A DNA stretch of 64,000 bases from an uncultured Acidobacteriota bacterium (GTDB taxonomy: Bacteria > Acidobacteriota > Thermoanaerobaculia > Gp7-AA8): NCBI GenBank assembly GCA_963741955.1, contig CAVUKB010000004.1, positions 512,001 to 576,000 on the forward strand, in the 5' to 3' direction. A program made the position numbers and the translations under genes. Shown piece by piece: positions 17,421 through 27,196 of this stretch. Each line of letters begins with the position of its first letter. The first letter of the stretch is position 1. Below the pieces are notes generated by a model, which was not told where the DNA came from, did not search any database, and saw nothing but the letters and a program-made list of their open reading frames with translations.

Positions 17421-18659
17421 ATGCGGCGCGTGGATTTCTCCGTTCGGGCGACAGGGCTTTCGAAGAGCTACCGGCTGTACGAAAAGCCGCTCGACCGGCT
17501 GATCGAAGCGGTGACGCTCCGGCCGCGACACCGCGACTTTCCCGCGCTCCAGGACATCTCTCTCGACGTACGGGTGGGGGAAGCGGTCGGAATCGTCGGC
17601 CGCAACGGAGCGGGCAAGAGCACGCTCCTCGAGCTGGTGTGCGGCGTGACCCAGCCGACCGCGGGAAGCGTGCTGACCGCGGGGCGGATCGCGTCGATCC
17701 TCGAGCTCGGAACGGGATTTCACCCCGAGTTCACGGGGCGCAACAACGCCGAGCTGAATGCAGCGATCCTCGGGCTCTCTCCTTCCGAGATCCGTGAGCG
17801 TCTCCCCCGGATCTACGAGTTCTCGGAGCTCGGCAGCTTCCTCGACCGTCCGGTGAAGACCTACTCCTCCGGGATGTACATGCGGCTCGCATTCTCGGTC
17901 GCGGTGAACGTCGATCCGGAGATCCTGGTCATCGACGAGGCGCTGGCGGTCGGTGACGGTCACTTCCAGCGGAAGTGCTACGAGAAGATCCGGGATTTCC
18001 AGAAGAGCGGACGGACGATTCTTTTCTGTTCGCACGCGCTGGGAGCGGTCGCGGCGCTCTGCGAGCGGACGCTCTGGCTCGACCAGGGACGGGTGCGGAT
18101 GTTCGGTTCGACCGCGGAAGTGATCCAGGCCTACGAGCACTTCCTGATGGGCCAGCAGCTCGCGGAAGCGGACGCGGCCAGCGAGGAGGCGAAGCGGACG
18201 CCGATCCGGATCGTCGACGTCGATCTGCTCGATCGGGAAGGCGTCACGAGGGAGTCTTTCACCACGGGCGAGGAGATGACTCTCCGGATGGAGATCGAGT
18301 CGGCGACGCCCGAACAGCCCATCCATCTCCTGGCCGGCTTTCAGCGTGCGTCGGATCAGATGCAGTGCTTCGCCCTCGCCACACCGTGGGATGGAATCGG
18401 TCCGTGGAGCGGCCGCTCGCACTACCACGCGCGGGTCGACATTCCCTCGCTCCCTCTCGCTCCGGGCGATTACACCATCACGTTCTTCGTCGGCGACGAG
18501 AGCGCGATGCATGTATTCGACTTCAAAGAGGCGTCGTTCACCGTGGAGGGAGAGTCTCTGGAGGGGGCCCTGTTCGAGCTCCAGCACGAGTGGGTGATCG
18601 CGCAGGACGAGCCGTCCGGAACGTCGGCTCCCTCCAGGAATCTGCGGCAGAACCGCTGA
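17421..18659 (+). CDS. wzt: Polysaccharide ABC exporter ATP-binding protein (Wzt) with C-terminal carbohydrate-binding domain
   Basis: GRNGAGKS, YSSGMYMRLAF, DEALAVGD, C-terminal LAPGDY; start at ATG 17421 or GTG 17430. Confidence 0.88.
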   Translation: MRRVDFSVRATGLSKSYRLYEKPLDRLIEAVTLRPRHRDFPALQDISLDVRVGEAVGIVGRNGAGKSTLLELVCGVTQPTAGSVLTAGRIASILELGTGFHPEFTGRNNAELNAAILGLSPSEIRERLPRIYEFSELGSFLDRPVKTYSSGMYMRLAFSVAVNVDPEILVIDEALAVGDGHFQRKCYEKIRDFQKSGRTILFCSHALGAVAALCERTLWLDQGRVRMFGSTAEVIQAYEHFLMGQQLAEADAASEEAKRTPIRIVDVDLLDREGVTRESFTTGEEMTLRMEIESATPEQPIHLLAGFQRASDQMQCFALATPWDGIGPWSGRSHYHARVDIPSLPLAPGDYTITFFVGDESAMHVFDFKEASFTVEGESLEGALFELQHEWVIAQDEPSGTSAPSRNLRQNR

Positions 18660-18766
18660 TTCGCCGCATTATCTTCGGCATACACGTCCACAGACAGAAT
18701 AAAATACTCCAAAGCTGACACATTCACGCACGATCGTGCGCGGCGCCCCCGGCCAGGCGATCTTCT

Positions 18767-20218
18767 TCACTCCAGCCCGAGCTTTTTCCAGATCGCGTCC
18801 ACCCGGGCCCCCACGTCCGCCGACATCTCGATCTCCTCCGGCCAGACGCGGTCGAATCCCTCACCGGGGAGCTTCTTCGTTCCGTCGATCCCGACATGGG
18901 AGCCGTACCCGAACGCGCGTGACGAATGATCGAGGACGTCGATCGGCCCCATCACCATCTCCATGTCCCTCTGGGGATCGATGTTGTTCAGCGCGTACCA
19001 CGCGACGGTTCGGAGATCGTGCGGGTCGACGGGCCCGTCCACCACCAGGATCACTTTGGTGAACATCGCCTGGCCGAGCCCCCAGATCCCGTGCATGATC
19101 TTCCTCGCATGGCCGGGATAGCGCTTCTTCATCGACACGATCATCAGGTTGTGGAAGACCCCCTCGGCGGGCATGTGGATGTCGACGATCTCCGGGAACT
19201 GCTTCTTCATGATCGGAAGGAACATCCGCTCGATCGCGAAGCCCATGTGCGCGTCTTCCTGCGGGGGCTTTCCGACGATGGTGGTCATGTAGATCGGCTT
19301 CTTCCGGTGCGTGATCGCTTCGACATGGAACACCGCGTACGGTTCGACCGGAGTGTAGAAACCGGTGTGATCTCCGAATGGTCCCTCGTCGCGCCGTTCG
19401 GCCGGATCGACCCATCCTTCCAGAACGATCTCTGCGCTGGCGGGAACTTCGAGATCGTTGGTGACACACCTGACCAGCTTCACGGGGTCACGTCTTGCGA
19501 AACCGGCGAACATCATCTCGTCGATGTCGGGAGGAAGTGGGCAGACGGCGGAGAATACGGTGACCGGCTCGGCCCCGATGGCGACGCTCACCGGGATGCG
19601 CTCCCGTTTGAGCGACTCGGCTTCCTGATGCTGCCGCGCGGCATCCTTGTGGAGCTGCCAGTGCATGCCGGTCGTATTGCGGTCGTAGACCTGCATCCGG
19701 TACATCCCGCAGTTCCGCTTTCCGCTCACCGGATCCTTCGTGAATACAAGCGGCATGGTGATGAACGGGCCGCCATCCTGCGGCCAGCAGGTGAGGACGG
19801 GGAGGATCGACAGATCGACCTCGTCGCCCTTGATCACCACGTCCTGGCACGAGCCGGAGCCGACGACCTTGGGGATTGCGCTGGTCAGCTCCGTGACCAT
19901 CGGAAGCATCTTCAGTTTGTCGACGATGCCGGTGGGGACGCGCGGCTCCAGGAAGAGGTCGAGTCGTTCGGTCCACTCTTCCCACGAGTCGATTCCGAGA
20001 GCGAGGAACATCCGTCGCTGGCTCCCGAGGAGGTTGATGGCGACCGGCATCGACGAGCCTTCGACATTCTCGAAGAGGAGGGCGGGACCGTGCCGCTTCG
20101 AGACGCGATCGGTGATCTCGGAGATCTCGAGATCCGGCGAGACCCGCTCCCGGATCCGCACCAGCTCTCCCGCTTTTTCGAGGACGTCGAGGAATTCACG
20201 GAGATCGGCGTAACTCAT
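18767..20218 (-). CDS. UbiD family decarboxylase (menaquinone futalosine-pathway MqnL-like)
   Basis: MSYADLREFL, RNCGMYRMQVY, TGMHWQLHKD, EGPFGDHTGFY, GIDGTKKLPGEG. Confidence 0.9.
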   Translation of the reverse strand: MSYADLREFLDVLEKAGELVRIRERVSPDLEISEITDRVSKRHGPALLFENVEGSSMPVAINLLGSQRRMFLALGIDSWEEWTERLDLFLEPRVPTGIVDKLKMLPMVTELTSAIPKVVGSGSCQDVVIKGDEVDLSILPVLTCWPQDGGPFITMPLVFTKDPVSGKRNCGMYRMQVYDRNTTGMHWQLHKDAARQHQEAESLKRERIPVSVAIGAEPVTVFSAVCPLPPDIDEMMFAGFARRDPVKLVRCVTNDLEVPASAEIVLEGWVDPAERRDEGPFGDHTGFYTPVEPYAVFHVEAITHRKKPIYMTTIVGKPPQEDAHMGFAIERMFLPIMKKQFPEIVDIHMPAEGVFHNLMIVSMKKRYPGHARKIMHGIWGLGQAMFTKVILVVDGPVDPHDLRTVAWYALNNIDPQRDMEMVMGPIDVLDHSSRAFGYGSHVGIDGTKKLPGEGFDRVWPEEIEMSADVGARVDAIWKKLGLE

Positions 20219-20284
20219 GGGCGAAGCATAATTCATTTTGTGTGGCCGGGCGGGATCCGGCCTCGGGACGAATATCGCCATGAT

Positions 20285-20528
20285 GGGGTGCGGATCCTCC
20301 GATCCGCCGCGCAGATCGCGTTCGGAGCGGAACGAGAGAAGGCCTGCGGCAGAAGCGAAGCCGAATGGGGTGCGGATCCTCCGATCCGCCGCGCAGATCG
20401 CGTTCGGAGCGGAACGAGAGAAGGTCTGCGGCAGAAGCGAAGCCGAAAGGGGTGCGGATCGTCCGAACCGCCGCGCAGATCGCGTTCGGAGCGGAACGAG
20501 AGAAGGCCTGTGGCAGAAGCGAAGCCGC
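20285..20528. repeat. Three tandem 82-bp REP-like half units
   Basis: Units start at 20285, 20367 and 20449 (ggggtgcggatcctccgatccgccgcgcagatcgcgttcggagcgg...); each resembles the reverse complement of the right half of the 55-kb array unit. Confidence 0.9.
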
Positions 20529-20609
20529 AATGAACCTCCGCGCTCACGCAAATCGAGCGCAGCAAGTCACGTGGAGAGTCAACCCCTCCAGACATACAAT
20601 AGAACTTCG

Positions 20610-21272
20610 ATGACCGGCTATCCCGACGGGGAGTTCCTTCTCCCGCTGTTTCCGTTGCCGAATGTGGTCTTCTTTCCGCGGACCAGACTCCCGCTGCACG
20701 TCTTCGAGCCGCGGTACCGGAAGATGGTCGGTGACGCGCTCGAGGGAGACCGGCGCATCGGGATCGTTCTCCTCAGACCGGGATGGGAACAGGAGTACTT
20801 CGGGGTCCCTCCGGTGCACACGCACGGCACGATGGGGGAGATCGAGCAGGCGGTGCCGCTCGATGACGGCCGCTATCAGATCGTCCTGGACGGAGTGGTC
20901 CGGTTCCGGATCGTCGAGCCGATGACCAGCGATCCGTATCGCGTTGCGCGGGTAGTAGCCGATCCGGAGCGGATGCCCCCGCCATCGGAGGCGTGGGCAC
21001 TCCGTGAATGGCTCGCGGATCTCTCACGCAGCTATCTCGATCTCCTTCCGGGGGAAGACGACGTTCCGGAGATCGGCTCGGCGGCGCTCGACGCGCTCAC
21101 CACCGCGCTGATCATGTCGCTCAATCTCGCTCCCGAGATCCGTCAGGACCTTCTGTCTCTCGACGACGTGACGATCCGCTCGGAACGGATCGGCAAGCTG
21201 CTCCAGGAGAAGATCGAGTCGATGAAGTTCCTCTCCACCTTCAAACGTCCCGCGGATCCGAGCAGTAACTGA
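20610..21272 (+). CDS. LON peptidase substrate-binding domain protein
   Basis: LPLFPLPNVVFFPRTRLPLHVFEPRYRKMV, LDDGRYQIVLDGVVRFRI. Confidence 0.9.
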   Translation: MTGYPDGEFLLPLFPLPNVVFFPRTRLPLHVFEPRYRKMVGDALEGDRRIGIVLLRPGWEQEYFGVPPVHTHGTMGEIEQAVPLDDGRYQIVLDGVVRFRIVEPMTSDPYRVARVVADPERMPPPSEAWALREWLADLSRSYLDLLPGEDDVPEIGSAALDALTTALIMSLNLAPEIRQDLLSLDDVTIRSERIGKLLQEKIESMKFLSTFKRPADPSSN

Positions 21273-21404
21273 AGCGAATCACGCCACTGCCGACACCGTA
21301 GCTCCCCGCCGCGCTCAGACGTTCACAGGATCGGGGCGGCACGGCTTCTGCCGTGCCGGCCGCGGCACAAGCCGCGGCGATCAGAGGTTCCGCGCCGCAC
21401 GGGC

Positions 21405-21587
21405 TAGCCCGCATTTCTCACACCGCCTCGACGCGAGGAGGCGGAGAGGGGCTTGGATACAAGGCGCGCGCAGCTTCGGCGACGAAGGCATAGTGGTGAC
21501 TATGTTGAGGAGCCGAAGCTGTGCGCAACGTAGTAGACAGGCCGCTATCCGTCTCCGCAGCAGAGACGATGTGAGAAATGCGGGCTA
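21405..21587. mobile_element. 183-bp MITE-like element, copy 2
   Basis: tagcccgcatttctcaca ... tgtgagaaatgcgggcta; collinear with and the same length as 4613-4795; lies between convergent genes. Confidence 0.85.
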
Positions 21588-21649
21588 TTGGCTCGGAGAT
21601 CTCTCGGCAGTGGAGATGACCCTCCGTGGCGCTTCCCTGCGATACGTAA

Positions 21650-22831
21650 TTACCTCTCCCCGAACCACCCGTCCGCGAGGCGCTCGACGTCGTCGAGTCG
21701 GGCTCGCGTCCGGTGGAGAAACGTCTCGCCGATCCGGGTCGAACCGAGCGTCTTCAATGCGGCGTTCAGAAGCGACGGCCGCGACAGGAGGAACGCGGCG
21801 CGGCGACTCCACCGGAGCCGGGAGGCGAAGAAGCCGCGGAATTCGTGAACATGGCTCCGCTCGATCTCGCCGCGACTTGCGGTTCCGTCGAGGATCGACG
21901 CGGTGTTGCGAGCTGCGATGACGGCGGACTGGATGGCCATGGTCATCCCGTTCCCGGTGAGAGGGTCGATCATTCCCGCCGCGTCGCCGACCAGCAGAAT
22001 CCCGGCGACTACCGGAGCTTTGGGGCGGAAGATGACCGGATCGGACGAGAGGAACTGATCCTGCTCCGGAGTGTGCGACGCGAAGAGCTCCCGAAGCGGT
22101 TCGCTCTCCTCGCTCAGCCCGGAGATGAACGTGTTCCATCCTCCGCGGAGGCCGCGGATTCTCGACGCGTGCACGATCCCGCAGATGTTCGTCGCGCCGC
22201 TCTCCACGCCCGACGCGCCGAGGTATCCGTTGCGGTACGGATAAAGAAGGATGGTGTCACCTGCACCATGTTCCGATCTGAAGTGGCGTTTGAACCCGAA
22301 GTGCCGGTTCCTCCGGTCCGTCACGAACTCGCGTGCGAACTGCCGGTCGAATCGCGCCCATCGTCCCCAGGCGCCGATGACCGTTCGTGCTTCGACCCGA
22401 AGCTTCTCCCGATCCCGGTTCACGATGACGATGCGGTACGGGTCACCCGGTTCGATCGTCTCGGCAGCCCATCCGGTGAGGTCCTGCGCTCCCTCTTTCA
22501 GCGCGTCGGCAGTCAGCATCGCGTCGAGTGCCATCCGCGAGATTCCTCGCGCCGGATGCGGAAGCTCGATCTCGTAACCGGTCTCCGTTCCGACGATGCG
22601 GCAACGCCGGATCTTCACCGCTCCGAGCGCATCGATCGAGCCGGTCAGCCCCATCCGGTCGAGGATCGGAAGAGAGTCGTACGACAGAAACTCGCCGCAC
22701 AGCTTGTCGCGCGGAAAGCGCTCGCGGTCGATCAGCACCACATCTCTGCCACGGCGTGCGAGGAGTGAGGCCGCGGTCGATCCTCCCGGTCCGGCGCCGA
22801 TTACCGCGACGTCCGCTCTCACCGTCTTCAT
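21650..22831 (-). CDS. FAD-dependent oxidoreductase (geranylgeranyl reductase/halogenase-like)
   Basis: VIGAGPGGS, FPRDKLCGEFLS, VGDAAGMIDPLTGNGM; ATGA overlap with the upstream methyltransferase. Confidence 0.88.
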   Translation of the reverse strand: MKTVRADVAVIGAGPGGSTAASLLARRGRDVVLIDRERFPRDKLCGEFLSYDSLPILDRMGLTGSIDALGAVKIRRCRIVGTETGYEIELPHPARGISRMALDAMLTADALKEGAQDLTGWAAETIEPGDPYRIVIVNRDREKLRVEARTVIGAWGRWARFDRQFAREFVTDRRNRHFGFKRHFRSEHGAGDTILLYPYRNGYLGASGVESGATNICGIVHASRIRGLRGGWNTFISGLSEESEPLRELFASHTPEQDQFLSSDPVIFRPKAPVVAGILLVGDAAGMIDPLTGNGMTMAIQSAVIAARNTASILDGTASRGEIERSHVHEFRGFFASRLRWSRRAAFLLSRPSLLNAALKTLGSTRIGETFLHRTRARLDDVERLADGWFGER

Positions 22832-23511
22832 CGCGACTTCCACAGCAGAAGCCCGAATCGGAAGGGAAACGACCGGCGCATCTCGAATTCCGCCGCGGCG
22901 CTCCGCGCGGCGACTGCGGCCGCTTCGCTCGCGGTGTATCCCTGAAGAACCGAGGCGGGGGCGTCGAAGCGCGTCACTCGTCCGACCAGCTTCAGCCACC
23001 CGAGCGCCTTCACGAAAAGCCACGGAAAGAGATGACGCCTCGTGTCGGTGAACATCGCACCGATCCGCGCGACCCGCAGCGCTTCACCGATGATCCTCAC
23101 GTTCTCTTCCGCCCGAAAATGATGGAAGAAGTGCGACGACGTGACGAGATCGACCGATCCGTCGCGGAAGGGGAGCTCCAGAGCGTCGCCGGCGACTCGT
23201 CCGACGTCGTCGCGCCGAAGCTGACGGCCGTACGCGAGATGTCCGAGGTGCCAGTCGAGGGCGATCTTCCGGATGCCGGGCCCGAGGGATGAGACGAGAT
23301 CGGACGTGCCGCTTCCGATGTCGAGGACGGTCAATGGGGGAGTGGCATCCCTGGTCAGAGCGCGGAAGAACTTCGCATACGCGCGACGCCCTCCTGCCAG
23401 CGAGTTGAAGCGCCGGAGATCGCGGAGACTTCGAAGGCGGTCGTCGATCCCCACCGACGGGTCGTCGAGGAGCTCCTCGACTTCGACTCGGCGCGGTACG
23501 AGAAGGCTCAC
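22828..23511 (-). CDS. SAM-dependent methyltransferase
   Basis: ELLDDP...SLRDLRRFNSLAGG, VLDIGSGTSD, SHFFHHF, TRFDAPASV. Confidence 0.85.
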   Translation of the reverse strand: MSLLVPRRVEVEELLDDPSVGIDDRLRSLRDLRRFNSLAGGRRAYAKFFRALTRDATPPLTVLDIGSGTSDLVSSLGPGIRKIALDWHLGHLAYGRQLRRDDVGRVAGDALELPFRDGSVDLVTSSHFFHHFRAEENVRIIGEALRVARIGAMFTDTRRHLFPWLFVKALGWLKLVGRVTRFDAPASVLQGYTASEAAAVAARSAAAEFEMRRSFPFRFGLLLWKSR

Positions 23512-23539
23512 GATCTCACTCGGCCGGATTTTTCGTCAC

Positions 23540-24790
23540 TCAGCATCTGCGCAGAACCAGTGCCGAGTTCTTGGAGCCGAACGCGATCGTATTGCAGAGG
23601 GCGACGTCGACCCGTGCCCGCCGGTCCAGATCCGGAACGTAGTCGAGATCGCATTCGGGGTCAGGTCTTTCGAGGTTGATGGTCGGGGGGAGGACTCCGT
23701 CCCGGAAAGCCATCAGGGTCGCGGCGAGCCCGGCCGAGCCGCAGGCGCCCTGCGGATGACCGATCATCGACTTGGTGGCCGATCCCGGCAGTCGCGTCGC
23801 GTCCTTTCCGAACGCGAGCTTCACCGAGCGCGTCTCGATCCGGTCGTTCAGATCGGTGGACGTGCCGTGGTAATTGAGGTAATTCACTTCGCTCGGATCG
23901 ACCTCGGCCTGTTGCATCGCGAGCTGCATCGCCCGCGCCGGCTCTTCACCCGACTCGTCGAGCCGCACGCGGTGGTGTGCGTCGCAGGTCGAGCCGTACC
24001 CCGCGATCTCTGCATAGATTCGCGCGCCGCGTGCGCGTGCGCTCGCCTCCCGCTCCAGGACGAACATCCAGGAACCTTCTCCGAGCACGAAGCCGTCGCG
24101 GTCGACGGAGAAAGGACGGGATGCCGCCTCCGGAACGTCGTTGTAACCGGTGGAGACGATCCGCATGATGCAGAAACCGGTCAGCACTCCTTCAGTGATC
24201 GTCGCGTCTGCGCCACCTGCGACGACGTAATCGGCAGTTCCCATCCGGAGGTTCATCATGGCGTAGCCGAGCGCATCGGTCGAAGAGGTGCAGCCGGTGG
24301 AGATCAGGTGCGAGAAGCCGTGGAGGCCCCAGGCCATCGAGATCTCCGACGCTATGGTGCCGATCGTTCCGGAGGGGATGGAGTAGACGGATGCCTGCTT
24401 TTCCTTCCCCGCGTACCAGAGCTCGTACATCCGCTCGTTGAATTCGACCGCGCCCCCGCCGGAGCCGAGAAAGACGCCGAACCGGCGACGGGTCTCCAGA
24501 TCCATCCCGGAGGGATCGAGCTTCGCGTCGTGAAGTGCTTCCGCGGTGGCGGCAATGGCGAGAGGGACGGCGCGCGAGACGTGCTTGAGCTGCTTGGGGT
24601 CGACCCACGCGCCAGGGTCGAAATCTTCGATCGAGCCGGCGACGCGGCAGCTGAGCTGCGACGCGTCGAACCGTGTGATCGGCTTGATGCCGGATTCACC
24701 GCGGGTGAGCGCGGCAAAGTACTTCTCGCGTCCCACACCATTGGGACTGACGGCGCCGACTCCGGTGATGACGATTTTTTCCCCGGTCAT
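23540..24790 (-). CDS. Beta-ketoacyl-ACP synthase II-like (FabF family)
   Basis: IVITGVGAVSPNG, Cys-His-His triad STGCTSS / YHGTST / KSMIGH, GFVLGEG, FGSKNSALV. Confidence 0.92.
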   Translation of the reverse strand: MTGEKIVITGVGAVSPNGVGREKYFAALTRGESGIKPITRFDASQLSCRVAGSIEDFDPGAWVDPKQLKHVSRAVPLAIAATAEALHDAKLDPSGMDLETRRRFGVFLGSGGGAVEFNERMYELWYAGKEKQASVYSIPSGTIGTIASEISMAWGLHGFSHLISTGCTSSTDALGYAMMNLRMGTADYVVAGGADATITEGVLTGFCIMRIVSTGYNDVPEAASRPFSVDRDGFVLGEGSWMFVLEREASARARGARIYAEIAGYGSTCDAHHRVRLDESGEEPARAMQLAMQQAEVDPSEVNYLNYHGTSTDLNDRIETRSVKLAFGKDATRLPGSATKSMIGHPQGACGSAGLAATLMAFRDGVLPPTINLERPDPECDLDYVPDLDRRARVDVALCNTIAFGSKNSALVLRRC

Positions 24791-24912
24791 GAGTGTCAGG
24801 AACTGCAGAAGGCGGTGAGACGATTCCCCTTCGCTACGCTCGCCGCCTTCTCATCAGATGCAGAATCGAGTCCGCACGTGACGGGATCGATCTCGGAGAG
24901 ACGGTCGTCCGG

Positions 24913-27009
24913 TCAGAAGCTTCGTCGAACCCACACCATCACCTTTCTCGCTGGAAGACGATAGTACTGCGCGTCGCCGAGCTCACTCTCAGCCACCGGC
25001 GGGCGGACGTCGCCGAGGTTATCGCCTTCCACGCGAAGCTCGAGATTCGACCAGCGGTATCCGATGCCGGCGGCTAGGGTGAGATAAGACGGAGCCGTCG
25101 CGGTGTTGCGCTTATTGAGATACCTCGCGCCGGTGAAGGTCTCGGTCAGGTGTCCGAAGAATCCGTGTGCCGGCCAGTACGTCGCGCCGATCGAACCCAT
25201 GTGCAGCGGCGACATCTCCAGCCGGTTTCCCTCGAGCTGCGCCGGCACTCCATCGAACTCAGCGACGTAGTCGCGGAAACGCGCGTCGTGATAGCTGTAG
25301 GAGCCGTGGAACATCACGTCGTGTGCAAGGGCGATCTCCCCCTCGGCTTCCACGCCCTGGAAGCGCTCACCGCCGGCGTTGGCCAGTGAGGGAAGCCCGT
25401 TCACAGTCTGTGCGACGACCAGGTTGCGGAAGTCCATGGTAAAAATGCTGACCTGACCCCGCGCGCGGCCGCTGCGACCCTTCACTCCCCCCTCCCAACT
25501 CTTCGCGGTCTCCGGCTGGAGGATGTCGACCTCCGCCTCGGGACCGAAGTCGACCGCCGCCGGCTTGAACGTGTTGCGGTAGTCGGCGAAGAGCCAGAGA
25601 GCTCCCTTCCCTCGTGACCAGGCGAGCCAGTCGACGCCGGCGCTGCCGCTCAGGCGCGTCTTCGTCAGATTCTGGTGCTCTTCTTCTCCCTGCATGTCGG
25701 GATCACCCGATCCGATCTTGGCCTCGGTGGTGTGGTTCAGGCGAAGCCCGCCGAGGAATGTCCAGCGCGCCGCCGGGCTCCACTGGATCTGTCCGTACAG
25801 GCCGGAGAAGTGGCGTCGCACCCGGAGCTCGAGCGGAGTCTCCGAGTCGGTCTCCTCGACGTCGGGTGCGGGAGAGCCGCTGAGAGGGACGGTGTAGTCG
25901 AAGTCGTGACTGGTCGCGTTTCCACGACCGTACAGATCGTCGATGCCTGCGACGATCGTCGCGGTCGAACCGAGCTTCTTCGCGACGTGCGAGTCGAGAT
26001 ACATGTCCGTGATCCCGCGGCTTTGGGTGTAGCCGTGAGCGTTCGGAGTCAGATCGAAGTCTTCGACCAGGAATCCGCGGAGGATGTCGTTGGTGGTGCG
26101 GGTGAGCGAGAGCGTCGTCACCCATGGAGTGCCGCCGATCGCGCTGTCGTATCCGAGCCGGAGGTTGACGCGGTTCTCGTCGATGTGTGCGCCGTCGGGG
26201 TTGTGGTTCGCATCGAGCGGAATCTCGTCGGTCAGGCTGCTGCCGACACGGGGATGCGGACTGGCGGGATCCTGACGCAGGATCATCGCGTCGACGTCGG
26301 CGTGGAAACGTGCCGAGTCGCCGACGGGAGTCGATGCGCGGTAGAGAAGATGCAGCCGGTCCGCGCCGGCGCGGTCGTCGCGGAAGCGCATCCGGTCGCC
26401 ACTGAAGATCAGCGACTGCTGGAGTGAACCGCTCGAGGGAAGCCCGACGGTGCCGGCGACGGAGGCGCTGCCGAACGTGCCGCCGCCGACCCGGAAGGCG
26501 TCGGAAGTCGATTGCGCGTTCTCGTGGATCACCTGGATCACGCCGACGAACGACGTCGCGCCGTACATCACCGGCGCGGAGCCGCGGATCACCTCGATCC
26601 GGTCGACACCGGTGAGATCGATCGCCTCGACGGCGGGGTTGAACGCACCCCCCCACGGCACTCCGTCGACCACCAGGAGAAATGCATCGAACTCACGGAG
26701 TCCCCACATTTCCACGACTCCGGAAGCGGGTCCGGAATCGCCGCCGGGAGCGAGATTCACGCCCGCGACCCACCCGAGCGCGTCACCGAGCGTGTACGCG
26801 CCGCGGGCCCGGAGCTCGTCGCCGCGGAGGATGGTGATCGCCTGCGGGACGATCTCGACGTCCTCCGGAACGCGCGTGGCGGTGACCTCGACGTACGCCG
26901 TGGCGGGAGTCTGCTGTTGGGTGGTCGGGGCCGGTTCTTCGGCGAAGCCGGCCGAAGTGATCGAAACGACGAGGCCGATACAGATCGAAAGAACGCGGGG
27001 TGATCTCAT
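24913..27009 (-). CDS. TonB-dependent receptor
   Basis: Signal peptide, VEVTATR TonB-box-like segment, plug IDLTGVDRIEVIRGSAPVMYG, C-terminal Phe. Confidence 0.9.
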   Translation of the reverse strand: MRSPRVLSICIGLVVSITSAGFAEEPAPTTQQQTPATAYVEVTATRVPEDVEIVPQAITILRGDELRARGAYTLGDALGWVAGVNLAPGGDSGPASGVVEMWGLREFDAFLLVVDGVPWGGAFNPAVEAIDLTGVDRIEVIRGSAPVMYGATSFVGVIQVIHENAQSTSDAFRVGGGTFGSASVAGTVGLPSSGSLQQSLIFSGDRMRFRDDRAGADRLHLLYRASTPVGDSARFHADVDAMILRQDPASPHPRVGSSLTDEIPLDANHNPDGAHIDENRVNLRLGYDSAIGGTPWVTTLSLTRTTNDILRGFLVEDFDLTPNAHGYTQSRGITDMYLDSHVAKKLGSTATIVAGIDDLYGRGNATSHDFDYTVPLSGSPAPDVEETDSETPLELRVRRHFSGLYGQIQWSPAARWTFLGGLRLNHTTEAKIGSGDPDMQGEEEHQNLTKTRLSGSAGVDWLAWSRGKGALWLFADYRNTFKPAAVDFGPEAEVDILQPETAKSWEGGVKGRSGRARGQVSIFTMDFRNLVVAQTVNGLPSLANAGGERFQGVEAEGEIALAHDVMFHGSYSYHDARFRDYVAEFDGVPAQLEGNRLEMSPLHMGSIGATYWPAHGFFGHLTETFTGARYLNKRNTATAPSYLTLAAGIGYRWSNLELRVEGDNLGDVRPPVAESELGDAQYYRLPARKVMVWVRRSF

Positions 27010-27196
27010 GGCGGATGCGGTCTCTCCTTGCGCGATCTTCTCCGGCGCGGAAGGCCGGGCGAGCGGAGGGCGGTGACCGGCCTGAGCCGGGCCCTCCTTC
27101 CGGTGCGGAATCATACCATCCAGTCGAGTTTTCCTCCCGACCAGCCGGCCGCGTCACGGCCGGAGGGACCGATCCACTCGGGTAGAATGCTGAGCC

